Assembly: GCA_950097015.1 (NCBI GenBank)
Contig: CATNEN010000026.1
Coordinates: forward strand, 930,001-994,000
DNA length: 64,000 nucleotides
Reading direction: 5' to 3'
DNA from: Macrostomum hystrix
Lineage: Eukaryota; Animalia; Platyhelminthes
Positions 11,405-22,755 of the stretch are shown piece by piece; position 1 is the stretch's first letter, and each line of letters begins with the position of its first letter. The translations under genes were made by a program, and so were the position numbers. The notes under the pieces were generated by a model that saw only the letters and a list, made by a program, of their open reading frames with translations, did not search any database and was not told where the DNA came from.

Positions 11405-12595
11405 ATGGCGCAGCAGCAGCAGCAGAAGCGCTCAGCCAGTGCCGAGCTGCCCTCGGCCTTCAGACCTCCTGCCGCCACCGCAGGCAGTTCAATGCCACCG
11501 AAAAAGCGTGCCAGAAATCACCTTGACGACGAGTTGGCGGATGAGTCGACCGCCGAAGCAGCCACCGCCGCCGAAGCAGCCGCCGCCGCCGAAGCAGCCG
11601 CCGCCGCCGCCGCCGTAGCCGCCGCTCCACTGGATTTGTCGGCGCCGGGCAGAACTCGGCGGCGTGACAGCGAGGACTCCGACGAAGCTTCTGGCTCAGC
11701 GGCAGCGGCAGCGGCCGCAGCGTATATGGCCCGCTGCGCTGAGAGCTTTCGAATGCTGAACGCACAGCCGAGAGCTGAGGATGCTGCGGCGGCAGCTGCC
11801 TCCTCCGCAGACTGTTGGACAGCGATAAACCAGTGGCAGGCCACGCTGCAGGCCCAGTACTTGTACTACTCATCTCTAGCGCTCTCAGGCCTGGTGCCTC
11901 CGCTGCCACCGCCGCTTCCTCCGCCACAGCCGCCATCGCAGCCCCACTCTGACTTGACCGCCAAACTGCCATCAGCTGCTGCTCTTCTGTCCCCCGGCTT
12001 CAGCAATTTGTTCGCATCGCTGCCGATACCCCCGCCTCCGCCACCTCCGCCGCCGGCGTTGTGTCCTCCTTCGTCTTCCTTGTCACTTCCGCAGTGCTCT
12101 CTTCCTGACGGATCGCCGAGTCCTTCACGACGTCAGCATTTGACGCCGCAGCCGATCCGTCGCACAAAGCCTGCAAAAGCGACACCTGTCGCACCAGTTG
12201 GTGTCGCCTCCGCCGGCTCCGCAGCTCAGGGCGCTCCCGCCCCGAAATCATCGCCAACTTCGTCGTCATCGACATCTGCTGCAGAGAGACAGCTGAGTGG
12301 CGAGACGGACTTTCAATGCTCCTGCGGCCGTGCCTTCGCCAGCCTGATTGGCCTGACGCTTCACCTGAAGGAGACTGGCCATGGGCCTGGAGCCGCCTGC
12401 GGTCGCGATCGCGACATACCGAAGCTAGTACGCGGGCAGGACATGTGGATCAACTCGGAGACGGAGCAGACCCGGGAGATCCTGCGCTGCATCCACTGCA
12501 AGCAGAGCTTCCGCACCCTACCGGAGCTCACAATGCATATGATGAAGACGAGGCACTATACTGAGATTATCTTCACGGACTCGACACCGTCACAG

Positions 12596-12628
<33 letters not shown>

Positions 12629-13873
12629 GCATCCGCAGGGTCTCAATCATCCGCGCGCCTTTCCTCGGTGACTGCCCAGTCTGGCAAAGACGAGCGTTCG
12701 ACGGCTGCGGGCGGGACCAAGGAGCGGGCACAGTCTCTCCTGAGCCGAGGCGGCCGGGCGGAGGTTAAGGAGGCCGACTCCGCCACTGACCCCCAGCGAC
12801 AAAGTGGCGGCGGTGGCGCAACCAGCACCCTGCAGAAGATGCAGCACTTTGTGGAGGCAAGCCTGCCACGGCCGGGTCTGCGGCGGCCGGGCATGTTCCA
12901 GGAGGTGCTGCAGAGCTCCGTGTTCGATGGCAGCGGCGAGCGTTGCGGCGCTGGAATCGGCGTTAGCGGCGGCGCCGGAGGCGACTCAGACGTTGATGAT
13001 GACCGCAGGGAAGGCTCGGGCAGGGACTGTGTCAGCTACCTGAGTCCCGATCGACCGTCGGAGCAGAAGGAGAACCCGCTGTCCTCCCTACAGAAGCTGG
13101 TGGACACCGCCGAGAAGACTTCAGCTCCCAGTGCCGCTCCCTCCACTACCATCATTTCGGCAGCCTCGGCACTGGCTGCTGCTGCGGCCGGTTCAACATC
13201 TCCATCAGTGACTCCTCCGACCGCGGCCACGGCTCCATCGACTGCCCGGCCCGGCAGTCCCGCTGCCTCCGCCACTTCGTCGGTGAGCAACCGGCCCACG
13301 GTGATCATGCTGAGCCCGACCTACATCTACCAGGGCGGCCTCTACCCGTCAGCATACCCTGTGTGCCATCCGTCTGCGCTGGTGTCCGCCGGTGGCGCTG
13401 GTCAGATGGACCTCTCGAAGCTGCAGCGCTCGGATGAGGCGTCGACAGGCAAGAAGCTGTCCTCCAGCAGCGCCGCCGCCGCATCGTTGATGCCGACTAC
13501 TAAAACCGCACAGGCTTCGCTAGCGCTGCTAAGCAACTCAGAGTCTTCGATGACAAGTGCCGCAGACAAGCCGTCAGGCGCCTGGCAGGACTCGCTGATG
13601 CAGAAGAAGGCCAAGTGTCACTACTGCAACAAGCCGTTCGCTAACAAGGGCCAGGTGCGGCTGCACGTAAGCAAGGGCAAGTGTCCCAGCCTGCTGGCCC
13701 GGCTGCCCACCGCCGCCCTGCCGCAGTTCTCCTACTTCCCGGCGCTGGACTACATCAAGGCGGCCGGCCGGTTCCACGCGGCTGCCGCGGCCGCCGCTGC
13801 CGCAGCAGCGTCTGTGGCGTCAGCGACGTCGTCTGGCGGCTCAGCGCCGGCTGGCAAGGAGCTGCAGGCCTGA
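11405..13873 (+). CDS. tsh: Teashirt/tiptop-family zinc-finger transcription factor, 822 aa, single coding exon
   Basis: PLDLS CtBP-binding motif; tsh-specific KLVRGQDMW followed by ILRCIHCKQSFRTLPELTMHMMKTRHY; finger FQCSCGRAFASLIGLTLHLKETGH; C-terminal KCHYCNKPFANKGQVRLH; AATAAA at 14306. Confidence 0.92.
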
Positions 13874-14656
13874 GCGTCGCGCACCTGTACAGAACTCGCG
13901 CCTAATCACCTGCACAATACTTCCCAGTCATTAGACTGCCCTATTGCCTAGCTATTCCTGAGAAAAACTGTTCTGTGTCACTGGGCATTACAGAACTAAA
14001 ACTCACCGAATCTGTAACGACTCAAGCGCCTCTCTAACGAGTCGCTCTGACAGCGTTGCCAGAGACTGCTCAAAACAAATGCAAGTCTGCAGTTGATGGA
14101 ATTATTTTATATCCCCCCTGCAGCCGTTCATTCTGTGCTAATTGAAGCCTGCGAGTCAGTTTTTCTACCTGTTCTGCTCATTTTTATTAGCTGCTATTAG
14201 TTTTTGCTATTCACCGACTTTCAAAAGCTCTTGGGCAACACCTGTGCTGCGTCGATTAACTTACCTGTTGCATTATTGATTGCTTTTTTAATTAAATACA
14301 CTATGAATAAATCCTAGGTATCGTCTTAGTTGGCAGGTGAGCAGTTTGTATAGCAAGCATAGTTAGTCAAGTTGAGTAGCACTGCTCTTATCCTAAAGTA
14401 TTAATTTCTTCCTTGCTGCTTGTTCTCATCGGTGATTCGCCAGGTTTTGTAGCTACATTGCACCGTCATTGTTTTTGCACATTCAATCATTGTGACATGA
14501 TTTCATTTATTATGATTACTATTATCAAATATTAAATACACTGTTATTTAGCCGGAACTGCTATTTGTTATGATGCTGCCGCTGGAGCTGAATACTATAG
14601 TACAATAACATAATTACTTACCTTTATTTTATAAACTAACACATAGTTGATATTCT

Positions 14657-15506
14657 CTAATCTATCCACTCTGTGAAGAATTAGAATGGATTGCTAATCT
14701 ATCCACTCTGTGAAGAATTAGAATGGATTGCTAGTCTATCCATTCTGTGGAGTATTAGAATGGATTGCTAATCTATCCATTCAATAAAGAATTAGAATGG
14801 ATTGCTAATCTATCCATTCCATGAAGAATTAGAATGGATTGATAATCTATCCATTCTGTGAAGTATTATAATGGATTGCTAATCTATCCATTCTGTGAAG
14901 TATTAGAATGGATTGCTAATCTATCCATTCTGTGAAGTATTAGAATGGATTGCTAATCTATCCATTCTGTGAAGTATTAGAATGGATTGCTAATCTATCC
15001 ATTCCATGAAGAATTAGAATGGATTGATAATCTAACCATTCAATGAAGGGTTAGAATGGATTGCTAATCTATCCATTCAATGAAGGGTTAGAATGGATTG
15101 CTAATCTATCCATTCAATGAAGGGTTAGAATGGATTGCTAATCTATCCATTCAATGAAGGGTTAGAATGGATTGCTAATCTATCCATTCCATGAAGAATT
15201 AGAATGGATTGCTAATCTATCCATTCCATGAAGAATTAGAATGGATTGCTAATCTATCCATTCCATGAAGAATTAGAATGGATTGCTAATCTATCCATTC
15301 CATGAAGAATTAGAATGGATTGCTAATCTATCCATTCCATGAAGAATTAGAATGGATTGCTAATCTATCCATTCCATGAAGAATTAGAATGGATTGATAA
15401 TCTATCCATTCCATGAAGAATTAGAATGGATTGCTAATCTATCCATTCCATGAAGAATTAGAATGGATTGATAATCTAACCATTAGATGAAGGGTTAGAA
15501 TGGATT
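14657..15506. repeat. 37-bp minisatellite with internal hairpin (ATCCATTC...GAATGGAT), about 23 units
   Basis: Direct reading; variation concentrated in the 12-nt loop. Confidence 0.95.
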
Positions 15507-16247
15507 CATGGGATTCAATTAAATAGATCGGTAGAGTTCTGAATAATAAATTGCCGAGCAGTATCACCTGCACTGTGTCTAATAGGATGTGAGAAAATCC
15601 AGCAGTTACACACTAACTTGCGTTTTCTTTCGCTGCTCAACAAGAGAATAAGAGGCCAAATATGCCGGCCCGTTTGTCAATGATGAATGAAGAATTTGTT
15701 TGTTTGATTAATCAGCTAGCTGAGCCTCCTTCATTATTTGGAAGTGAGACGCCCCATTGCCTGGTACTGCATAGTACGGCGTTTGTCTTGACTTATTTCA
15801 CCGAAATCCCTCCAACCCGCTGATGGATGGCTGCGTAATGGCTTGGCGGGCGGCAGCCGGACCACCTCAAGGATCAAATTATTGCTTGGGATTTCGTTTG
15901 AGCCCGCATCCCCTCCTCCCCCCTACCAGGGCGATGGAGAACAGCCGGCTATGGAGAGAGATTTATGGGACAATTATTCGGTTTGAAAAATCCATCTGAT
16001 AAATTATCGCTCGGCCTCTCTTTAAAAACTGCATTGCCCGCTACAGCCAAAGGCAGATTTATGCCGCTGGGGTTCTCAGACACCATGCGGCCCCCCGGCT
16101 GGCCCACTGATTTATCAGCATCTGCGCGCGCTCTGGTGCGCCATAAATCTTCAAATTGGTGCGGGAGGTGACAAACGCTGCCCTGCCCGGCAGGCCCGAG
16201 CGGAACCGGTGCAGTTTGTGCACTGATACGGCTGGCGCCGCCACCGG

Positions 16248-16500
16248 CTGGGATCTGGGATCTGGGATCTGGGATCTGGGATCTAGGATCTGGGATCTGG
16301 GATCTGGGATCTAGGATCTGGGATCTGGGATCTGGGATCTAGGATCTAGGATCTAAGATCTAGGATCTGGGATCTAGGATCTGGGATCTGGGATCTGGGA
16401 TCTAGGATCTGGGGTCTGGGATCTGGGATCTGGGATCTGGGGTCTGGGATCTGGGATCTGGAATCTGGGATCTGGGGTCTGGGGTCTGGAATCTGGGATC
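16248..16500. repeat. (TGGGATC)n 7-bp satellite, about 36 units
   Basis: Direct reading. Confidence 0.95.
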
Positions 16501-17345
16501 TGAGCTCACTCCGAGCTGAGCAACAATTCCAACAGGGATGCGACTTCAAACGATCTTCTCAGGGTCGAGTCCTCGTCCTCCGCCATTTTTCTACTCCAAT
16601 AATTGAGGTTGACTTGGCTTCCCTTCTCTCATAGGTTTTTTACAGCTTCCCATCCCGGCCTCATCACCCAATGCTCCCAAATTCATTGGCTTCATCAATC
16701 AGCGGAATCGGCTATCGTTTAACTTGTCAGCAGGGCCTCTGGGTGGCCTCCCTCCCCTGCCTCTTTGGCGGCTCTTTTATCGCCGGGTCTGGCCAAGGGG
16801 ATGTCGGAAAGACGGCTCCGCTCCCTCACCCACCCCACGCCCCACTCATAGATCAGTTAATCCCGGGAATATAGAAGAGGAGGGTGGGGTGGGTGCGCTG
16901 GCGATTGATTTAGGGCCACCTCCCCGGACCGCATGCAGTTTTGGGATCTCTGCCTCCTCGGTCTGTTGTTGGCCATGCGAGGTCGATAGGCAGGGAGGCA
17001 GAGGAGATATGGGAAGCTGCGGCGCTGCCACCGAGTCTTTATTTTCAAGTGATCTATGACTGGCTTCCTCCGCGCGCCGATCGGAGGGTCGCGGCTGCGG
17101 GTTGAAGGGGCTGACTGGGGCGGGGACACGGCAAACAACAGCGCTCGTGTGTCGCCACATGCCTGATTTATGGTCCAGTCGACCCAGCGCGGGGCGCCTC
17201 CTGCATCGTTTCTGGTTTGAGTCTGCTCGGCGGTGTTGCGGAGATGCCGGATGGACCGGATCTTGAGACTGTGTTCTGGAAGAAGCAGCTCACAATCCGT
17301 CAATAATGTGTTTTTTTCCAGTGCAACATTGTTGGTGAGACCCAA

Positions 17346-18116
17346 TAGAAGATAGGTGCAGGCACATCAAGGAACCTAGTAGAAGATAGGCGGCGCATCA
17401 AAGAACCTAGTAGAAGATAGGCGGCGCATCAAAGAACCGGTAGAAGATAGGCGGTACATCAAAGAACCTAGTGAAAGATCAATGGCACGTCAAAGAACCT
17501 AGTAGAAGAGAGGCGGCACATCAAGGAACCCCGTAGAAGATAGGCGGCACCTCAAACAACCATAGTTGAAGATAGGCGGCGCATCAAAGAACCTAGTAGA
17601 CGATAGGCGGCACATCAAGGAACCTAGTAGAAGATAGGCGGCACATCAAGGAACCTAGTAGAAGAGAGGCGGCACCTCAAACAACCATAGTTGAAGATAG
17701 GCGGCACGTCAAAGAACCTAGTAGAAGATAGGCGGCACATCAAGGAACCTAGTAGATGATAGGCGGCACATCAAAGAACCTAGAAGAAGATTGGCGGCAC
17801 ATCAAAGAGCCTAGTAGAAGATAGGCGGCACGTCAAAGAACCTAGTAGAAGATTGGCGGCACATCAAAGAACCCAGTAGAAGATAGGCGGCACATCAAAG
17901 AACCCAGTAGAAGATAGGCGGCACATCAAGGAACCTAGTAGAAGATAGGCAGCACATCAAGGAACCTAATAGAAGATTGGCGGCACATCAAAGAACCCAG
18001 TAGAAGATATGCGGCACATCAAAGAACCGGTAGAAGATAAGCAATACATCAAAGAACCTAGTGAAAGATCAACGTCACGTCAAAGAACCTAGCAGAAGAT
18101 AAGCGGCACATCAAAG
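17346..18116. repeat. 31-bp minisatellite (AGAAGATAGGCGGCACATCAAAGAACCTAGT)n, about 25 units
   Basis: Direct reading; 12 units carry an intact ATCAAAG, most preceded by GGCGGC. Confidence 0.95.
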
Positions 18117-19316
18117 CAGAACTAAATTCCAAATAAGCAACTGAAATTCGGCACTCTAATGAGGCAAGTCGTTGACGAGATCGTGAATCTGAAATATCGT
18201 AAAGCACTACTTTTAGTAGATGCCAATGCTAGGACCTAAGCTATATTATTTAACGCTCGTAAATTCACAATCAGACATCACTCATTTTTTATGATCAAAC
18301 CAATCTCTCACCAATTAATCCTGGGTGAGACATTTAAGAAACTTCAGTAAACCGGATTGTTTCATTGTATTAAAATAGTTCTTAATTTTCGACGGTGCAC
18401 TGTGTTTGTGGCTTTCGACGTGGAGTTCGTTTTGAAGTGATGGATCCGAAGTAGATTGATAGGTTTGTCAGGAACACCAAGTAATTGTTCCTAGTTTAAA
18501 GGCATAACGTAAAGGCTACTTTTCTCTTAATCGGACTAAAATATGAATTAGAAATGCAGACACAATTAGGCAAAGAAATCGACAAAGAAGTAGCTAGAAA
18601 CAATTGCGGTTGCTAATGACAACAAAATTCTCATTTTAGCGTGGGAACGCAAGCTGTTGCCAACTGCTGTTTGTGGAATAATAAGCTTTGATTATGACCG
18701 CTACTTATAACAGAGGCTGTCTTTTAATCAGCGGCGAAGGTGTTTTTCATTCCGCACAACTGGTAGTTTTGCCCATTGATTCTCAACAAACCGACGCCGT
18801 ATGTTGTCATGGAGACGAAAGGAAGCCTGTGAGTTTTTATTCGAAGCTGAACTTTACCTATAGCACAAGAATTAGAAGCTCTACGAAAATGGCGCGGCGC
18901 CCACCGCAACAGGTGAGGATTTGATTGACGGGTCGCGTGCCCGGACCGTGGCCATCGGGGCGAGGGAGCGGGCAAACAAACAGAGCGGGGGGGATTTCGT
19001 CTGGCCAGAAAACACACTGGCCATCGATTGCTGATTGGCAAGCCAAGAGCAATGAGAGGAATCAATTACAGAAGCCTTCTTTGCCATGCGGTCCGCATGA
19101 ATTATTACCGACCAGGCGGACTCGCCACTCGGGCACGCGCGCTGTCGGCCCGGCTCTACAAACTTGGCATTCTCTGATTGGACCGTTTGGAGAGAAATTG
19201 TCCACTAAAGAAAATAGTCGATGGGACACTATAAGGCCGGAGTCCGCTGAGATTTGATAGATTGCGACTGCAACTTGGGGTGACACCAACGAGAGAACGA
19301 ACCAGAGCAGAGACAT

Positions 19317-20912
19317 TTGCCAGACATGACAGACGGGACCGGCGCGGACAGCGCTCCTCGGCAGGCAGTTCAGCCGGCGAACGTCAGCAGCCAGAGCCGG
19401 AAGCAGGCCTGGTACGACTTCGTGGAGACAACCACAGCGCACGGCTTCAGCAAGTTCAGCATTGGCTCAACGCGGCGCAAGGCTTTCTGGCTAGTGGTTC
19501 TGATCCTGGCAAACATAGGATTTATCATTCACCTCAGCTTCCTGGTCAAGCGCTTCTTCGACGTGCCCGTGACATCGTCGCGCAACGAGGCCCCGGAGGA
19601 CTTCCAGTTCCCGGATGTGACCTTCTGTCCTAGCAGCACCGTCAGCGATGTTAAAATGCGCAACACCTACGCTGCAGACCTCGGCAACCGCAGTCTGAGC
19701 AGCGTGGCAAGCCTGCTGGAGCCCGTGTGGCAGCTCATCACCATCAATTCCAGCGACTATCTCGACTATCCACTGCTGACGCTGCGCAAACGCCTGATCA
19801 GCCAGTCAGCAATCTACCTGCCGCCAGAGATGATCATGATGTGCCAGTTCTATGGCTACAAGTGCGACCTGCGCAACTTCACCGGCTACGTTGGGCCGCG
19901 CCGCCTGGGCTGCGCCACCTTCCGCGCACCCGACAGCCTCCAGCGCGAGTCGCCTGGCACTCTGGTTCGCGGCCTCGGCATCGTCGGAATCTCGCGCTCA
20001 GACGACTGCTCGCTGGCGTCTCGTTACAGCTCACGGAAGATGCCGCTGTTCCAGGGCATGACGGTGACGGTGCACGAACGCGGCACGCTGCCAAGCTTCG
20101 TTGAGAGCACCTTCAACAGTCACAACTCAGAGTACTTCATCATGCGCCTCTCCACCGGCGTTTATCAGGCCATGTGGACGCCGAGCAATCTGTGCCAGAA
20201 GGAGCGCAGCACCATCACCGTCGTGACGCCCGGCACCGGGGCCACCGCCACCTACCTGCAAACGGAGAACTCCTGCCAGGAGGCTTGCCTGCAGAGCAAC
20301 ATTCAGACCGACTGCAACTGCACCAGCGAGCTGCTGATCGTCACGGCGGAGCAGGCTGCCCGCGGCCTGCCCGGCTGCCATCAGGAGGCCGAGCGCTTCA
20401 TAAACGCAACGCCAAGCGAGGCGCAACTGACTGGCATGCGGCAACGGTGGCGCTGCCACCAGCGCTGGATGCAGGCCAGCCGGAACAGCGAGCTCCCGTG
20501 CGACTGCACGGCGTACTGCGACCGATTCATCATCGAAAGCAGCGTCAGCAGCTTCGACTTCGAAGAGAAGAACGAGAGAGCATTCGCGATGCGCACCTTC
20601 AGCCAAAGCCTCGCTCCGGCCTACGAGGCAGCCAGGGCGGCGGCCAACTTCAGCTCGCTGGTGAACATCAACGACGTGTCCTTCACAATGGAGTCGGTTC
20701 TGTTCGGCAGTCCGCCGCTGGCCCAGACCATCACGCAGTTCGAGATCCTGCCGGAGGTGTCCAAGTCCATGAAGATCACCGAGTCCAAGACCTACAATGT
20801 GGACGCGTTGTGCTCAGACTTCGGCTCAATCATGGGCCTCTGGCTGGGCATGTCGGTGCTGACAGTGTGCGAGTTCTTGGAGATGGGACTGCGCCTGGCC
20901 GCCGCCATCTAG
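19317..20912 (+). CDS. DEG/ENaC/ASIC-family sodium channel subunit, 531 aa, intronless CDS
   Basis: Pre-TM1 TTAHGF motif, TM1, FPDVTFC, Cys-rich thumb, TM2 LCSDFGSIMGLWLGMSVLTVCEFLE with GxS filter. Confidence 0.93.
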   Translation: MPDMTDGTGADSAPRQAVQPANVSSQSRKQAWYDFVETTTAHGFSKFSIGSTRRKAFWLVVLILANIGFIIHLSFLVKRFFDVPVTSSRNEAPEDFQFPDVTFCPSSTVSDVKMRNTYAADLGNRSLSSVASLLEPVWQLITINSSDYLDYPLLTLRKRLISQSAIYLPPEMIMMCQFYGYKCDLRNFTGYVGPRRLGCATFRAPDSLQRESPGTLVRGLGIVGISRSDDCSLASRYSSRKMPLFQGMTVTVHERGTLPSFVESTFNSHNSEYFIMRLSTGVYQAMWTPSNLCQKERSTITVVTPGTGATATYLQTENSCQEACLQSNIQTDCNCTSELLIVTAEQAARGLPGCHQEAERFINATPSEAQLTGMRQRWRCHQRWMQASRNSELPCDCTAYCDRFIIESSVSSFDFEEKNERAFAMRTFSQSLAPAYEAARAAANFSSLVNINDVSFTMESVLFGSPPLAQTITQFEILPEVSKSMKITESKTYNVDALCSDFGSIMGLWLGMSVLTVCEFLEMGLRLAAAI

Positions 20913-22157
20913 CTGCTGGGCCAGGGAAGCCAAAGTTCTGCGGACAGTTTTGCTTCTGCCTACGTCACGATGGCTCCCAAACCGAATGACCGATTTTCGA
21001 CAGATTTTTCGCCCTTTTACGATGAACTAAATTTCAAAGCCGTCCGACATCAGCATCGTCGAGATATTCAGCGATTCTGGTCGGAGACCCTGGTGAGAAG
21101 GACAACTCACATAGCTCTGAATTAACCTTTTTGGCGATACCTTGTTGGTTCAATAATCTGAGTCCATCTGTCGTAGGGACCATTGTTCTCAGCGTGCCTG
21201 ACACCGGGGTCCCCATCATCGCGTTCCCAAAACTTTTGTTGAAGGTCCCGATGATCGCCGCCGATCACTCCAGACGGTGATGAAGGGGACTCACTAAATG
21301 TGACCAATTGGATAGTTAGAATTTTAGATTGGATAAAATAAGATCTTATTATTTTACACATACGAAGTTTTCTATTTTCTTCTACAGTTATCGCGTTGCT
21401 GAAAAGAGTCCTGTGGAAAATGGTTTCCTGGCGGAAACTCAATGCCTTGTCGCCTAATTACCAGCTTGCTTTTGGTTTAGACAACTTAAAAGTTATTTTT
21501 GGTTCTACGAGTACTTAAATGTCCTATTTTCTGGTTTCCTCTTTTGATAATTTTTTCTATACCTACCATATCTGTATCATTTTACCAGCATAACATATTC
21601 TACAGATTTTACCTTTCTGCAACTAAATTAACGCCCCTTTCAAAGCTATTTTCTTATTTGTTAGTATATGTACTTGACTGCACTAAACAGGTGTTTTGCT
21701 TATGAGGAAGACTTGAGAACTCTCGGTACCGCCCACCTGTTCTATATGCTGTAGAAGCGTCCGCCTCCATCTTCGTCCTATTAAAACGGCTATTAAATTA
21801 TTCATAAACGTACAGTCCAACCTCCAGTTGCTGCTTCTGCTCGTCAATCTTTCTTCGACTGCCTCCAGCTCATTTCTGCAGGCTGTACTCAAAGACCTAA
21901 CTTTGGAGTACAGGAGTTTTATAGAACCATTTTCAAAATTCTATTCCAATCATAGGCCCACACGGCAGTTTCAAAATGTCTTCAACAACTTGATTTTAAC
22001 AAAATACTCATAGTTAACATGGCCTGCCTGTCAAAGATTGCCAAGAAAGTTTTCTCATTAAAACAAAAAAATTTGAAATCACCTTCATTGCTTTATAATG
22101 AGCAACAACAATCGGAGAGGAAGGCTCACGACTCTCCGTGGATTAAGGTATTACGAA

Positions 22158-22755
22158 CCACACGAAACACCTTGTGGAGTGAGGTGTTTGCAGTTCAATC
22201 AGCCACACACGAAACACCTTGTGGAGTGAGGTGTTTGCAGTTCAATCAGCCACACACGAAACACATTGTGGAGTGAGGTGTTTGCAGTTCAATCAGCCAC
22301 ACACGAAACACATTGTGGAGTGAGGTGTTTGCAGTTCAATCAGCCACACACGAAACACATTGTGGAGTGAGGTGTTTGCAGTTCAATCAGCCACACACGA
22401 AACACCTTGTGGAGTGAGGTGTTTGCAGTTCAATCAGCCACAAACGAAACACATTGTGGAGTGAGGTGTTTGCAGTTCAATCAGCCACAAACGAAACACA
22501 TTGTGGAGTGAGGTGTTTGCAGTTCAATCAGCCACACACGAAACACATTGTGGAGTGAGGTGTTTGCAGTTCAATCAGCCACACACGAAACACCTTGTGG
22601 AGTGAGGTGTTTGCAGTTCAATCAGCCACAAACGAAACACATTGTGGAGTGAGGTGTTTGCAGTTCAATCAGCCACAAACGAAACACCTTGTGGAGTGAG
22701 GTGTTTGCAGTTCAATCAGCCACACACGAAACACCTTGTGGAGTGAGGTGTTTGC
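22158..22755. repeat. 47-bp minisatellite, about 12-13 units, internal hairpin AAACACC/GGTGTTT
   Basis: Direct reading; unit spacing 22164 to 22211. Confidence 0.95.

Noticed and set aside
11460-13905. Overlapping alternative-frame and antisense ORFs in tsh (also in ENaC, CFAP69, Amt and iGluR exons)
   Set aside because: Expected shadows of GC-rich coding sequence; no recognisable domains
14657-15506. CRISPR-like appearance (palindromic 37-bp units; also 47-bp units at 22158)
   Set aside because: No unique spacers, no cas genes, and the context is eukaryotic
16846-17345. Minus-strand Pro/Ser-rich ORFs with a possible acceptor near 17275
   Set aside because: Low complexity, no motif, and no upstream exons could be linked
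21683-21892. Minus-strand segment reading NELEAVEE/KIDEQKQQLE with splice-like sites
   Set aside because: Needs a frameshift, cannot be joined to a gene model, and competes with the + strand LINE-remnant reading
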